From sequence record PZ019084.1: DNA of 64,000 bases, one strand, 5' to 3'. Made by a program: the position numbers and the translations under genes. The number at the start of each line of letters is the position of its first letter. Positions within the stretch are counted from its first letter, which is position 1. The notes under the pieces were generated by a model. The model searched no databases and was not told where the DNA came from. It saw only the letters and a list, made by a program, of their open reading frames with translations. The DNA comes from a phage. Below are positions 46,452 to 57,275 of this stretch, piece after piece.

Positions 46452-46565
46452 ATTAATACCTACTCCAACAATCAAGATGTCTTCACACGAAATTAAGAGA
46501 AGAGTGATCAGTTCAACCCCTATAATCGCGTCAAGTAGATATTAATGTGACAGTTGTCACAAATT

Positions 46566-46640
46566 TGGCGGACGTGATAGGATTCGAACCTATAACCAAT
46601 CGCTTAACAGGCGATCGCTCTGCCATTGAGCTACACATCC
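46566..46640 (-). tRNA. tRNA-Asn: tRNA-Asn (anticodon GUU)
   Basis: Manual cloverleaf: acceptor GGATGTG/CACGTCC, anticodon loop CTGTTAA, T-loop TTCGAAT. Confidence 0.8.
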
Positions 46641-46644
46641 AAAT

Positions 46645-46731
46645 TGGTGGGGAGTGATGGAGTCGAACCACCCGAGTCGCAATGACAATGGATTTACAGT
46701 CCACACCGCTACCTCTACGGGATAACTCCCC
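46645..46731 (-). tRNA. tRNA-Tyr: tRNA-Tyr (anticodon GUA), long variable arm
   Basis: Acceptor GGGGAGT/ACTCCCC; anticodon arm GGACTGTAAATCC resembles E. coli tRNA-Tyr; 87 nt. Confidence 0.8.
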
Positions 46732-46744
46732 TTAATTCTTAATT

Positions 46745-46819
46745 TGGTGGCCCTGGGTGGAATTGAACCACCATCTGGCGATTATGAGTCGCTTGCTTGA
46801 ACCTTCCAGCTACAGGGCC
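46745..46819 (-). tRNA. tRNA-Ile: tRNA with anticodon CAU (Ile2/AUA-reading type, or Met)
   Basis: Acceptor GGCCCTG/CAGGGCC; anticodon arm GCGACTCATAATCGC as in E. coli tRNA-Ile2. Confidence 0.8.
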
Positions 46820-46820
46820 T

Positions 46821-46896
46821 TGGTGCTGATTGACGGAATCGAACCGCCGACCTTCTCATTACAAGTGAGTTGCTCTACCTACTGAGCTAAATCAGC
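46821..46896 (-). tRNA. tRNA-Thr: tRNA-Thr (anticodon UGU)
   Basis: Acceptor GCTGATT/AATCAGC; anticodon loop CTTGTAA. Confidence 0.85.
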
Positions 46897-46901
46897 AAAA
46901 C

Positions 46902-46991
46902 TGGCGGAGGCGATAGGATTTGAACCTATGAGTCGCCGGAGCGACTGCCGGTTTTCAAGACCGGTGCATTAAACCACTCTGCCACGCCTCC
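46902..46991 (-). tRNA. tRNA-Ser: tRNA-Ser (anticodon UGA), long variable arm
   Basis: Acceptor GGAGGCG/CGCCTCC; anticodon arm CCGGT-CTTGAAA-ACCGG; 90 nt. Confidence 0.85.
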
Positions 46992-46993
46992 AG

Positions 46994-47067
46994 TCTCCAT
47001 ACAAGGATTTGAACCTTGGACCTCCTGATCCCAAATCAGGCGCTCTACCAAACTGAGCTACACGGAG
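46994..47067 (-). tRNA. tRNA-Pro: tRNA-Pro (anticodon UGG)
   Basis: Anticodon arm CCTGA-TTTGGGA-TCAGG; CCA not encoded. Confidence 0.85.
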
Positions 47068-47077
47068 TAAATTAAAT

Positions 47078-47151
<74 letters not shown>

Positions 47152-47156
47152 AAATT

Positions 47157-47243
47157 TGGTGCGAGAAGTGGGACTCGAACCCACAAGGAAATCATTCCGC
47201 AGCATTTTAAGTGCTGTGCCTTTACCAATTTGACCATTCTCGC
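47157..47243 (-). tRNA. tRNA-Leu: tRNA-Leu (anticodon UAA), long variable arm
   Basis: Acceptor GCGAGAA/TTCTCGC; anticodon arm CAGCA-CTTAAAA-TGCTG; 87 nt. Confidence 0.85.
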
Positions 47244-47244
47244 G

Positions 47245-47317
47245 CTGGGAATAAAGGACTTGAACCTTTGCATCCTGGAATCAAAATCCAGTGCCTTACC
47301 AACTTGGCTAATTCCCA
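47245..47317 (-). tRNA. tRNA-Gln: tRNA-Gln (anticodon UUG)
   Basis: U1-A72 acceptor like E. coli tRNA-Gln; anticodon arm CTGGA-TTTTGAT-TCCAG. Confidence 0.85.
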
Positions 47318-47414
47318 ATTATTAACAAAGGCTCTCAAACAAGAACCCTTGATGATAGAGGGTATTAATCAGTGCGATATGAGTTAATAATAACAAATAA
47401 TTCTTAAAGCATAT

Positions 47415-47702
47415 TTACCATTTATGATAATACATATTTACGATGCATTCAAGATCTAAAGGATTCTTGAAAATATCATATTCAAGAGGACCTTTTTCCG
47501 TTTCAATAAAGAAATCAAAGTTAACTGTGTTAAATTTACGGTCTTCCTTCACTAATTTAACTTGAGAAGATGAACGGTCAATGTAAACCTTTTCAACTTC
47601 AAAATATGTTAAAATGCCATAATCATCAATCAAGGCTTTAGCCGCGTCTTGATCATATTTATATCCATTTTCAATGGACGATACTTTCGCATAAAGAATC
47701 AT
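47415..47702 (-). CDS. hypothetical protein (95 aa)
   Basis: ORF upstream of the tRNA cluster. Confidence 0.5.
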   Translation of the reverse strand: MILYAKVSSIENGYKYDQDAAKALIDDYGILTYFEVEKVYIDRSSSQVKLVKEDRKFNTVNFDFFIETEKGPLEYDIFKNPLDLECIVNMYYHKW

Positions 47703-47704
47703 TA

Positions 47705-48115
47705 TTAACCTTTATCAACAATAGTATGAGTATGGGCATTTACAATTTGCCACCAGTCGAAACTATCGCCAAATCGTTTTGATTTATTGTCTTCAATAAT
47801 TTGGCGTAATTCATCTTCTGTTTCAGCATACGCAATCAAATCATCATATCCACCGCAAGGATAGTAATTATCGCCTGCGAACAAAAGAAAATTTACTTTA
47901 GATGGGTCTACATAATAATGCTCTTTAGGATATTTAGTTCCTCTCCAATCAGTTACTTCAACATAACGATAAGAAAATCCATTTTTACTTTCAATCCAAC
48001 TCCACGCTTCAAAAGGAGTATTAAAAACTTTATCAGGTATTAAATTACCTTCAAAATGAGAAGGATTTGCATAATCCCCAGCATAAACATAGTATTCGTT
48101 AATACTTACACTCAT
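47705..48115 (-). CDS. hypothetical protein (136 aa from MSVSINEY)
   Basis: ATG coupled to upstream stop; Trp/Tyr-rich. Confidence 0.5.
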   Translation of the reverse strand: MSVSINEYYVYAGDYANPSHFEGNLIPDKVFNTPFEAWSWIESKNGFSYRYVEVTDWRGTKYPKEHYYVDPSKVNFLLFAGDNYYPCGGYDDLIAYAETEDELRQIIEDNKSKRFGDSFDWWQIVNAHTHTIVDKG

Positions 48116-48116
48116 T

Positions 48117-48302
48117 CTATTCACCTTTAGAAATTTTATCCATAACAATAGCGATTAAACCAATTAAAAATGCTACTACAAGTGAAAAAACATTTTCTGC
48201 TGTAGTCAATAATCCGCATATAAATCCAACAAACATTGAAAAACTAAAAGCGGAAGCAGAAATTGCAATAGCAACATTTCGAATTAATTCACAACGTTTC
48301 AT
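48117..48302 (-). CDS. small membrane protein (61 aa)
   Basis: Two hydrophobic helices. Confidence 0.5.
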   Translation of the reverse strand: MKRCELIRNVAIAISASAFSFSMFVGFICGLLTTAENVFSLVVAFLIGLIAIVMDKISKGE

Positions 48303-48321
48303 TTTATTCTCCTCGGTAGTT

Positions 48322-48362
48322 GATAGGGTAATAGTATCACAACTAAAACCCTATGTAAACAA
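48322..48362 (-). promoter_or_regulatory. T4-type early promoter
   Basis: GTTTAC (48360-48355). Confidence 0.5.
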
Positions 48363-48378
48363 CTTTGTGAAATATTTA

Positions 48379-48666
48379 TTACAAAAGATTTTTAGCAATA
48401 ATCTTGAGATATGCCGCAGAAATGTGTTTAGCTTTAAACAACGCAGTTTCTTCAGCAGGAGAGATAATGATTGTAGCACCATCCTTTTTAGCAGACCACC
48501 CATCACCTAGGTAAACAGTACCTTTGATTTCTTCGCCATCAACCAAGCTAATCATTGGTTTACCTTCTCGTCCTTTATTTGCTTTAATAACTTCAGAAGT
48601 AAGAGTAGCTTCAGTAATAGTAGAAACCGGGGTAGTTGTAGAAGTAAATTCTTTGAAAGTTTTCAT
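48379..48666 (-). CDS. ipI: internal protein I (capsid-targeted, injected with DNA)
   Basis: 95 aa; targeting sequence MKTFKEF...ITE/A (cleavage would leave 76 aa); position between 57B and tRNAs. Confidence 0.8.
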   Translation of the reverse strand: MKTFKEFTSTTTPVSTITEATLTSEVIKANKGREGKPMISLVDGEEIKGTVYLGDGWSAKKDGATIIISPAEETALFKAKHISAAYLKIIAKNLL

Positions 48667-48689
48667 TTTATTTTCCTAATTAATTTTGA

Positions 48690-48728
48690 TGAGATAATAG
48701 TATCACTACCTCATCAGCATGTAAACAA
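48690..48728 (-). promoter_or_regulatory. T4-type early promoter
   Basis: GTTTAC (48726-48721), TACTAT -10. Confidence 0.5.
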
Positions 48729-48738
48729 CTTTGTGAAA

Positions 48739-49435
<697 letters not shown>

Positions 49436-49436
<1 letters not shown>

Positions 49437-50149
49437 TATAGTACCTTTAGTGTATTTTTAATTTTAGAAAAAAGTTCTTCAAGAGAACCATCGTTTGTAA
49501 TTACTAAATCGCCATCACGAATTGGCAATCCAGCTTCTGTAATATGAGTATCATTGGATTTTTGACCAGGACGAACTACATGAATTACTGTAGCACCCAT
49601 CGCCCTAGCCGCATCCATTTCATGATCTTGACGAGTATCAGGAACGATATAATAATCATAACCTGAGTTAAATTTATCAAGATAATCTAAAGCAAATAAT
49701 TTTACCCAATACATGCGGTCGAAGTTATTAACAATCAAATCCGTACCTAGGGCTTGCATCAGACGACGGACTGACCATTGATCTTCAATATTATTTATAA
49801 CGTCAGCAATCTTGTTAAATGCTACGAAATTAACTGCGTCATCAAAAACAAACACACCTTTAATTGGACTTTTACTATTAAGATAGCAAAATGCTTGTCC
49901 CATAATCGTAATTACTTCTAATTTAGTCAGATTTAAATTAGTCTCACGATCATAGTCAATTCCTTCAAACTCTTTACGAGTTAAGCAAGGATAGTCAGTG
50001 TTTGCTGCAAATACACCCCATGCATAAGCCAATGCATCTTTAATAGGACCAGCAAGTTGATATTTAACTGCAGAATAATTATTCATAATAAAATCTGCAG
50101 TAGTATCTTTTCCACTACGCTTTACACCACTTAAAAAGATTAGTTTCAT
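49436..50149 (-). CDS. 1: deoxynucleoside monophosphate kinase
   Basis: P-loop GVKRSGKDT at N-terminus. Confidence 0.9.
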
Positions 50150-50198
50150 ATGTTTCTCCTCAAATTTAGTTAAGATTATAACACATGAAACTGAAGCA

Positions 50199-50729
50199 TT
50201 AAACTTCTGCTATAATTTTACCATCTTTTTCTACTTGAAAATACGTATAAGGAATCGTTGCTGTACATACTAAAGCCGGGTCTGAATCTTCCGTGTAGCT
50301 AAATTCTACTTCAGACAGGTCAGAAACCCAAGGCTTATAAAAATTTATTGACATCACGATTTCAGTTTTACTATTATCTAAAATGTAAAGCGTAATGTAT
50401 TCAGGACCTGTTTTTTGGGCAGTATTTTCGCCTGTAAGATAGTTACTAGTTCCTAGCATCCATTCATACATTCCTATCCACGACTTAAGTTCTTCATCAA
50501 CTATAAATCTCACGATGAGTGGGTCGTACTCAAATGTAACACCTGGACGTTGTGCTCGGCCTAGTCCAAACGGCCCAGTCACGGTATCAGTAACAGGTAT
50601 CCTAATTCCCGGAATAGGAACTGACTGAGCATTTAAAGTAAAAGCAGATGTAGTATTACTATGCGGTATTGATACTACAAAGTTAGTTGTATTTGCTTGG
50701 TTAAAAATTTGTTGTAGTGCTTGCGACAT
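50199..50729 (-). CDS. 3: tail completion / sheath stabiliser gp3
   Basis: Start set at MSQALQQ (176 aa) with GAGGAA RBS; track ORF extends to 50810. Confidence 0.8.
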   Translation of the reverse strand: MSQALQQIFNQANTTNFVVSIPHSNTTSAFTLNAQSVPIPGIRIPVTDTVTGPFGLGRAQRPGVTFEYDPLIVRFIVDEELKSWIGMYEWMLGTSNYLTGENTAQKTGPEYITLYILDNSKTEIVMSINFYKPWVSDLSEVEFSYTEDSDPALVCTATIPYTYFQVEKDGKIIAEV

Positions 50730-50835
50730 ATATTCCTCATAATGCTTCATAAATGTTAGTGGTATAATGGGTCTAAGTCCCTTCCATTCAATTCCAATTA
50801 GAACAAACAATAGAAAAGAATGGAAGATAATAGAA

Positions 50836-51660
50836 TTAGATATTTGACCAGACTTTGTTTGCAGAGAAACGTTTTCCTTTTGAAACGAACTGCTGAAGTG
50901 GCATTAACACAACGTTCGCCCAGTCTTTCGGGGCGATTTCAACAAGGCTACCCATAATATTACCGGGTATATATGCCTTAATCATTTGGTCTGCACCCCT
51001 AAATCCTTTCACTTGACTCCAATCAATTTTTAATTTCGTTTTATTAGTAATAGTAGGCGTATTTGAATATTGCTTTAAAAGCTCTTCTAGAAATTGCTGA
51101 CGAGCTTTAGGTGGAATATAGTGCAAGTTCAATCCGTACATTAAATTATGTTTACCTAAACCGAGGTAAATTATCAAAGGAAATTTATCCCAGTAAGGAA
51201 GAGTTTCTTTGTGTTTAGCATCATAAGCAAAAGCATATATTCGTCCCGGCTGAGGGCGAACAACTTTATGTCCTTTTACTTGCTTAATAGTTTCAGCAAA
51301 CCACTTTCTGGTTTTATTATTAATTGCTGCACCTTCATTACGAATTTTATCACGCAATGTTTGCCTGAATGAATTTATCATAAGCAGTTGTCTTTCTTGC
51401 TTATTGAGTTTATTCATTGGTTTTGATTCAAGCTTTTGAATCTTTTCAGCCGTTTTAATTCCTGAAGCATATTTTGACATTGCCGAAGTAAACGTAGAGT
51501 ATTTGATTCCTCTTTCTTCAGCAAATTGCTTTCCTGTCATTCCTTTTGCTTTGGCCTTTCTGTATTCAAGACCTATCTGAATCCATTTCTTTTCGTTTAA
51601 TGATTGCTTAACCTTTGGAACTTGGGGAGTGCTTTCATTAATTATTTGAAAAATAGCCAT
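50836..51660 (-). CDS. 2: DNA end protector protein gp2
   Basis: 274 aa, T4 gp2 length and position. Confidence 0.85.
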   Translation of the reverse strand: MAIFQIINESTPQVPKVKQSLNEKKWIQIGLEYRKAKAKGMTGKQFAEERGIKYSTFTSAMSKYASGIKTAEKIQKLESKPMNKLNKQERQLLMINSFRQTLRDKIRNEGAAINNKTRKWFAETIKQVKGHKVVRPQPGRIYAFAYDAKHKETLPYWDKFPLIIYLGLGKHNLMYGLNLHYIPPKARQQFLEELLKQYSNTPTITNKTKLKIDWSQVKGFRGADQMIKAYIPGNIMGSLVEIAPKDWANVVLMPLQQFVSKGKRFSANKVWSNI

Positions 51661-52112
51661 TATGCCCCCTTAAAGCCAAGAGCTCGTAATCCATCTTCTG
51701 TTAGAATTCTAAATTTTATTCCACGCTTTTCAGCTAAAGCTTGCGCTGCTTTCCATTTGTCAGTATTAACGGAATATGTATAAATTTCATTCATAAATCT
51801 TTTCTTCGCTGCAGTTGTTAGATGTGCTGGTTTAACTGGTGGTTGTGTTTCTTTTTTAGGTTTTATTTCAATAAAAAATTCTTGTCCAGAAGAATCTTTC
51901 ATCCAAATGTCCATGAAGTATCTACGTTTTTTCCCTTCTGCATTACAAAAATAAGGAATTACTGCTGTTTCACTACCCCATGCAATAATTTCTGGATTTT
52001 TATCTAACCATTCAAAAAAGAATTTTTCCCAATTTGATCTATACGTAATTTTTTTAGGGTCACCTCTATATTTTGATATATTTTTAGGAACCCATTTTCC
52101 AGAATATGCCAT
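51660..52112 (-). CDS. 4: head completion protein gp4
   Basis: 150 aa, position between gp2 and the divergent gene 53. Confidence 0.85.
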   Translation of the reverse strand: MAYSGKWVPKNISKYRGDPKKITYRSNWEKFFFEWLDKNPEIIAWGSETAVIPYFCNAEGKKRRYFMDIWMKDSSGQEFFIEIKPKKETQPPVKPAHLTTAAKKRFMNEIYTYSVNTDKWKAAQALAEKRGIKFRILTEDGLRALGFKGA

Positions 52113-52123
52113 TGGATTCTCCT

Positions 52124-52131
52124 TATAAATA
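52124..52131 (+). promoter_or_regulatory. T4 late promoter TATAAATA for gene 53 (divergent region also carries a minus-strand TATAAATA)
   Basis: Exact TATAAATA 28 nt upstream of ATG 52160. Confidence 0.6.
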
Positions 52132-52159
52132 GATAATATATTTATAAACAGGAGGGCCC

Positions 52160-52750
52160 ATGCTCTTTACATTTTTTGATCCGATTGAATATGCGGCCAA
52201 AACGGTGAATAAAAACGCGCCGACTATTCCTATGACAGATATTTTTAGAAACTATAAAGACTATTTTAAACGCGCTCTTGCGGGATACCGCTTACGTACT
52301 TACTATATCAAAGGTTCACCACGCCCGGAAGAATTAGCAAATACTATATATGGAAATCCACAGTTGTATTGGGTTTTATTGATGTGTAATGATAATTATG
52401 ATCCGTATTATGGATGGATTACTTCGCAAGAAGCTGCTTATCAAGCATCTATACAAAAATATAAAAATGTAGGTGGAGACCAAATAGTATATCACGTGAA
52501 TGAGAATGGTGAAAAATTTTATAATTTAGTATCATACGATGATAATCCATATGTTTGGTATGACAAAGGCGATAAAGCTAGAAAATATCCTCAATATGAA
52601 GGAGCACTTGCTGCTGTTAATACGTATGAAGATGCTGTTCTTGAAAATGAAAAACTTCGTCAAATAAAAATAATAGCAAAATCAGACATCAATTCATTTA
52701 TGAACGACCTTATACGTATAATGGAGAAATCTTATGGAAATGATAAGTAA
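52160..52750 (+). CDS. 53: baseplate wedge protein gp53
   Basis: 196 aa, first gene of the plus-strand baseplate block. Confidence 0.88.
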   Translation: MLFTFFDPIEYAAKTVNKNAPTIPMTDIFRNYKDYFKRALAGYRLRTYYIKGSPRPEELANTIYGNPQLYWVLLMCNDNYDPYYGWITSQEAAYQASIQKYKNVGGDQIVYHVNENGEKFYNLVSYDDNPYVWYDKGDKARKYPQYEGALAAVNTYEDAVLENEKLRQIKIIAKSDINSFMNDLIRIMEKSYGNDK

Positions 52751-54461
52751 TAACCTTAATTGGTTTGTCGGTGTTGTTGAAGATAGAATGGACCCATTAA
52801 AATTAGGTCGTGTTCGTGTTCGTGTGGTTGGTCTGCATCCACCACAAAGAGCACAAGGTGATGTAATGGGTATTCCAACTGAAAAATTACCATGGATGTC
52901 AGTTATTCAACCTATAACTTCTGCAGCAATGTCAGGAATTGGAGGTTCTGTTACTGGACCGGTAGAAGGAACTAGAGTTTATGGTCATTTTTTAGACAAA
53001 TGGAAAACTAACGGAATTGTCCTTGGCACGTATGGTGGAATAGTTCGCGAAAAACCGAATAGACTTGAAGGATTTTCTGACCCAACTGGGCAGTATCCTA
53101 GACGTTTAGGAAATGATACTAACGTATTAAACCAAGGCGGAGAAGTAGGATATGATTCCTCTTCTAATATTATCCAAGATAGTAACTTAGACACCGCAAT
53201 AAATCCTGATGATAGACCACTATCAGAGATTCCAACCGATGATAATCCAAATATGTCAATGGCTGAAATGCTTCGCCGTGATGAAGGATTAAGATTAAAA
53301 GTTTATTGGGATACTGAAGGATATCCGACAATTGGTATTGGTCATCTTATCATGAAGCAGCCAGTTCGTGATATGGCTCAAATTAATAAAGTTTTATCGA
53401 AACAAGTTGGTCGTGAAATTACTGGAAACCCAGGTTCTATTACAATGGAAGAAGCGGTAACTTTATTTGAACGTGATTTAGCTGATATGCAACGTGACAT
53501 TAAATCACATTCTAAAGTTGGCCCAGTTTGGAAAGCAGTTAATCGTTCTCGTCAAATGGCGTTAGAAAATATGGCATTTCAGATGGGTGTTGGTGGTGTA
53601 GCTAAATTTAACACAATGTTAACTGCTATGTTAGCCGGAGATTGGGAAAAAGCATATAAAGCTGGTCGTGATTCATTATGGTATCAACAAACAAAAGGCC
53701 GTGCATCCCGTGTTACCATGATTATTCTTACGGGAAATTTGGAATCATACGGTGTTGAAGTGAAAACCCCAGCTAGGTCTCTATCAGCAATGGCTGCTAC
53801 TGTAGCTAAATCTTCTGACCCTGCTGACCCTCCTATTCCAAATGACTCGAGAATTTTATTCAAAGAACCAGTTTCTTCATATAAAGGCGAATATCCTTAT
53901 GTGCATACAATGGAAACTGAAAGTGGACATATTCAGGAATTTGATGATACCCCTGGGCAAGAACGATACAGATTAGTTCATCCAACTGGAACTTATGAAG
54001 AAGTATCACCGTCAGGAAGAAGAACAAGAAAAACTGTTGATAATTTGTATGATATAACCAACGCTGATGGTAATTTTTTGGTAGCTGGCGATAAAAAGAC
54101 TAACGTCGGTGGATCAGAAATTTATTACAACATGGATAATCGTCTTCACCAAATAGATGGAAGCAATACAATATTTGTACGTGGCGATGAAACTAAGACG
54201 GTTGAAGGTAATGGAACTATCCTAGTCAAAGGTAATGTTACTATTGTAGTTGAAGGTAATGCTGACATTACAGTTAAAGGAGATGCTACCACTTTAGTTG
54301 AAGGTAATCAAACTAATACAGTAAATGGAAATCTTTCTTGGAAAGTTGCTGGGACGGTTGATTGGGACGTTGGCGGTGATTGGACAGAAAAAATGGCATC
54401 TATGAGTTCTATTTCATCTGGTCAATACACAATTGATGGATCGAGGATTGACATTGGCTAA
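52734..54461 (+). CDS. 5: baseplate hub / tail-associated lysozyme gp5
   Basis: 575 aa; lysozyme domain (MAEMLRRDEGLRLKVYWDTEGYPTIGIGH) and C-terminal VEGN beta-helix repeats. Confidence 0.95.
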   Translation: MEMISNNLNWFVGVVEDRMDPLKLGRVRVRVVGLHPPQRAQGDVMGIPTEKLPWMSVIQPITSAAMSGIGGSVTGPVEGTRVYGHFLDKWKTNGIVLGTYGGIVREKPNRLEGFSDPTGQYPRRLGNDTNVLNQGGEVGYDSSSNIIQDSNLDTAINPDDRPLSEIPTDDNPNMSMAEMLRRDEGLRLKVYWDTEGYPTIGIGHLIMKQPVRDMAQINKVLSKQVGREITGNPGSITMEEAVTLFERDLADMQRDIKSHSKVGPVWKAVNRSRQMALENMAFQMGVGGVAKFNTMLTAMLAGDWEKAYKAGRDSLWYQQTKGRASRVTMIILTGNLESYGVEVKTPARSLSAMAATVAKSSDPADPPIPNDSRILFKEPVSSYKGEYPYVHTMETESGHIQEFDDTPGQERYRLVHPTGTYEEVSPSGRRTRKTVDNLYDITNADGNFLVAGDKKTNVGGSEIYYNMDNRLHQIDGSNTIFVRGDETKTVEGNGTILVKGNVTIVVEGNADITVKGDATTLVEGNQTNTVNGNLSWKVAGTVDWDVGGDWTEKMASMSSISSGQYTIDGSRIDIG

Positions 54462-54990
54462 TATACTTCCAATGAGCGCTGATTTAGGAGAATCCATGGA
54501 AGGTTCTTCTATCGACGTCACCTTTACCGCTCAATTAGAAACAGGTGAAACGTTAGTATCTATAAATATAACTAGTTACGAAGAAACTCCTGGGGTTTTA
54601 GTAGAAGAAAATCGTTTATATGGAACGTATGAATCTGTATTTGGATTTGGAAATGATGCGTTGAAATATCGTTTAGATAATGAATTTAAAACCGCTGCTT
54701 CATGGGAAGACCTTCCAACTGATTCTAATACTCAGTTATATCTATGGAAAGCTCCTCAAAACCTCCAGAAGACATTCACTTACGAAGTAACATTAATATA
54801 TGACTACCAAGAACAAGGTGAATCTGGAGGTTCTGGCAGTAATTCTAGGTCATCTTCTGATACTACTGAACCAACGAATCCTCCGGCTCCAATAAGAAAA
54901 ACTCTTGTTAAAAATTACACAAAAACTATAGTTGGAAATTGGAGTCGTTGGGCTAATAAATTGAGAAGCTACGTGTATGAGAGGCCATAA
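54433..54990 (+). CDS. 5.1: hypothetical protein 5.1 (185 aa)
   Basis: ORF between gp5 and the PAAR-like 5.4. Confidence 0.6.
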
Positions 54991-55284
54991 ATGTCAGGAT
55001 TAAGTTATGATAAGTGTGTTACTGCCGGCCATGAAGCATGGCCTCCAACGGTTGTGAATGCTACACAAAGTAAAGTATTCACCGGAGGAATTGCTGTTCT
55101 TGTAGCAGGCGATCCAATTACAGAACATACAGAAATTAAAAAGCCATATGAAACACATGGCGGAGTGACACAACCTAGAACTTCTAAGGTATATGTCACT
55201 GGAAAGAAAGCTGTTCAAATGGCTGATCCAATATCATGCGGTGATACTGTGGCTCAGGCATCATCTAAAGTATTCATTAAATAG
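54991..55284 (+). CDS. 5.4: PAAR-repeat spike tip protein gp5.4
   Basis: 97 aa, T4 gp5.4 size. Confidence 0.8.
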
Positions 55285-55292
55285 GATTTAAA

Positions 55293-57275
55293 ATGGCAAA
55301 TACCCCTGTAAATTATCAATTAACAAGAACAGCAAATGCTATTCCCGAGATATTCGTCGGGGGTACGTTTGCTGAAATAAAACAAAACCTCATTGAATGG
55401 CTTAATGGCCAAAATGAATTTTTGGATTATGATTTTGAAGGCTCAAGATTAAACGTTCTGTGTGACCTTTTGGCTTATAATACGCTGTACATTCAGCAGT
55501 TTGGTAATGCTGCTGTGTATGAAAGCTTTATGCGTACTGCTAACTTACGTAGTTCAGTAGTTCAAGCGGCACAAGATAATGGATATTTACCTACTTCAAA
55601 ATCAGCTGCTCAAACTGAAATTATGCTAACTTGTACAGACGCATTGAATAGAAATTACATTACTATTCCTCGCGGTACTCGCTTTTTAGCATATGCAAAA
55701 GATACTTCAGTTAATCCTTACAACTTTGTATCTACTGAAGATGTTATTGCTATTCGTGATAAAAATAACCAATATTTTCCACGTTTAAAATTGGCCCAGG
55801 GACGTATAGTAAGAACTGAAATCATTTATGATAAATTAACACCTATTATCATTTATGACAAAAATATTGATAGAAACCAGGTTAAATTATATGTTGATGG
55901 AGCGGAATGGATTAACTGGACAAGAAAGTCAATGGTTCATGCTGGTTCAACATCAACGATTTACTATATGCGTGAAACTATTGATGGAAACACTGAATTC
56001 TATTTTGGCGAAGGTGAAATTTCTGTTAATGCTTCTGAAGGAGCTTTGACCGCTAATTATATCGGAGGTCTTAAACCTACCCAGAACTCTACGATTGTTA
56101 TTGAGTACATCAGTACTAACGGCGCAGATGCGAATGGCGCAGTCGGATTTTCATATGCAGATACATTAACAAATATAACTGTCATCAATATTAACGAAAA
56201 CCCAAATGATGACCCAGATTTTGTTGGGGCAGATGGCGGCGGCGATCCAGAAGATATTGAACGTATTCGCGAATTGGGTACTATTAAACGCGAAACCCAG
56301 CAACGCTGCGTAACTGCGACTGACTATGATACATTCGTTTCAGAGAGATTTGGTTCTATTATTCAAGCAGTTCAGACGTTCACTGATTCTACTAAACCTG
56401 GTTATGCATTTATTGCTGCTAAACCTAAATCAGGGCTATATTTAACTACTGTACAGCGCGAAGATATTAAAAATTATCTCAAAGACTATAATTTAGCTCC
56501 TATTACGCCATCAATTATTTCTCCTAATTATCTTTTTATTAAGACTAATTTAAAAGTCACATATGCTTTAAATAAGCTACAAGAATCCGAACAGTGGCTC
56601 GAAGGTCAAATAATTGATAAAATTGATCGTTATTATACCGAAGACGTAGAAATTTTTAACTCATCTTTCGCTAAATCTAAGATGTTGACATATGTAGATG
56701 ATGCAGATCACTCTATCATTGGCTCATCAGCGACAATTCAAATTGTTCGTGAAGTACAAAACTTCTATAAAACGCCTGAAGCAGGTATTAAATACAATAA
56801 TCAAATAAAAGATCGTTCTATGGAATCTAATACGTTTTCATTTAATTCTGGACGAAAGGTTGTGAATCCTGATACTGGTTTAGAAGAAGATGTATTATAT
56901 GACGTTCGTATAGTATCAACAGACCGAGATTCTAAAGGAATTGGTAAAGTTATTATTGGTCCATTTGCTTCTGGCGATGTTACAGAAAATGAAAACATTC
57001 AGCCGTATACAGGCAACGATTTTAACAAATTAGCAAATTCTGATGGACGCGACAAATACTATGTTATCGGTGAAATAAATTATCCAGCTGATGTGATTTA
57101 TTGGAATATCGCTAAAATTAATTTAACATCTGAAAAATTTGAAGTTCAGACCATCGAATTATATTCTGACCCAACCGATGATGTTATCTTTACTCGCGAC
57201 GGTTCACTGATTGTATTTGAAAATGACTTACGTCCACAATACTTAACTATCGATTTGGAGCCTATATCACAATGA
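55293..57275 (+). CDS. 6: baseplate wedge protein gp6
   Basis: 660 aa. Confidence 0.9.
   Translation: MANTPVNYQLTRTANAIPEIFVGGTFAEIKQNLIEWLNGQNEFLDYDFEGSRLNVLCDLLAYNTLYIQQFGNAAVYESFMRTANLRSSVVQAAQDNGYLPTSKSAAQTEIMLTCTDALNRNYITIPRGTRFLAYAKDTSVNPYNFVSTEDVIAIRDKNNQYFPRLKLAQGRIVRTEIIYDKLTPIIIYDKNIDRNQVKLYVDGAEWINWTRKSMVHAGSTSTIYYMRETIDGNTEFYFGEGEISVNASEGALTANYIGGLKPTQNSTIVIEYISTNGADANGAVGFSYADTLTNITVININENPNDDPDFVGADGGGDPEDIERIRELGTIKRETQQRCVTATDYDTFVSERFGSIIQAVQTFTDSTKPGYAFIAAKPKSGLYLTTVQREDIKNYLKDYNLAPITPSIISPNYLFIKTNLKVTYALNKLQESEQWLEGQIIDKIDRYYTEDVEIFNSSFAKSKMLTYVDDADHSIIGSSATIQIVREVQNFYKTPEAGIKYNNQIKDRSMESNTFSFNSGRKVVNPDTGLEEDVLYDVRIVSTDRDSKGIGKVIIGPFASGDVTENENIQPYTGNDFNKLANSDGRDKYYVIGEINYPADVIYWNIAKINLTSEKFEVQTIELYSDPTDDVIFTRDGSLIVFENDLRPQYLTIDLEPISQ

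Noticed and set aside
46452-46565. Possible additional tRNA in the gap between tRNA-His and tRNA-Asn
   Set aside because: No acceptor/T-arm pairing could be built; only a short palindrome (gtgacaactgtcac) is present
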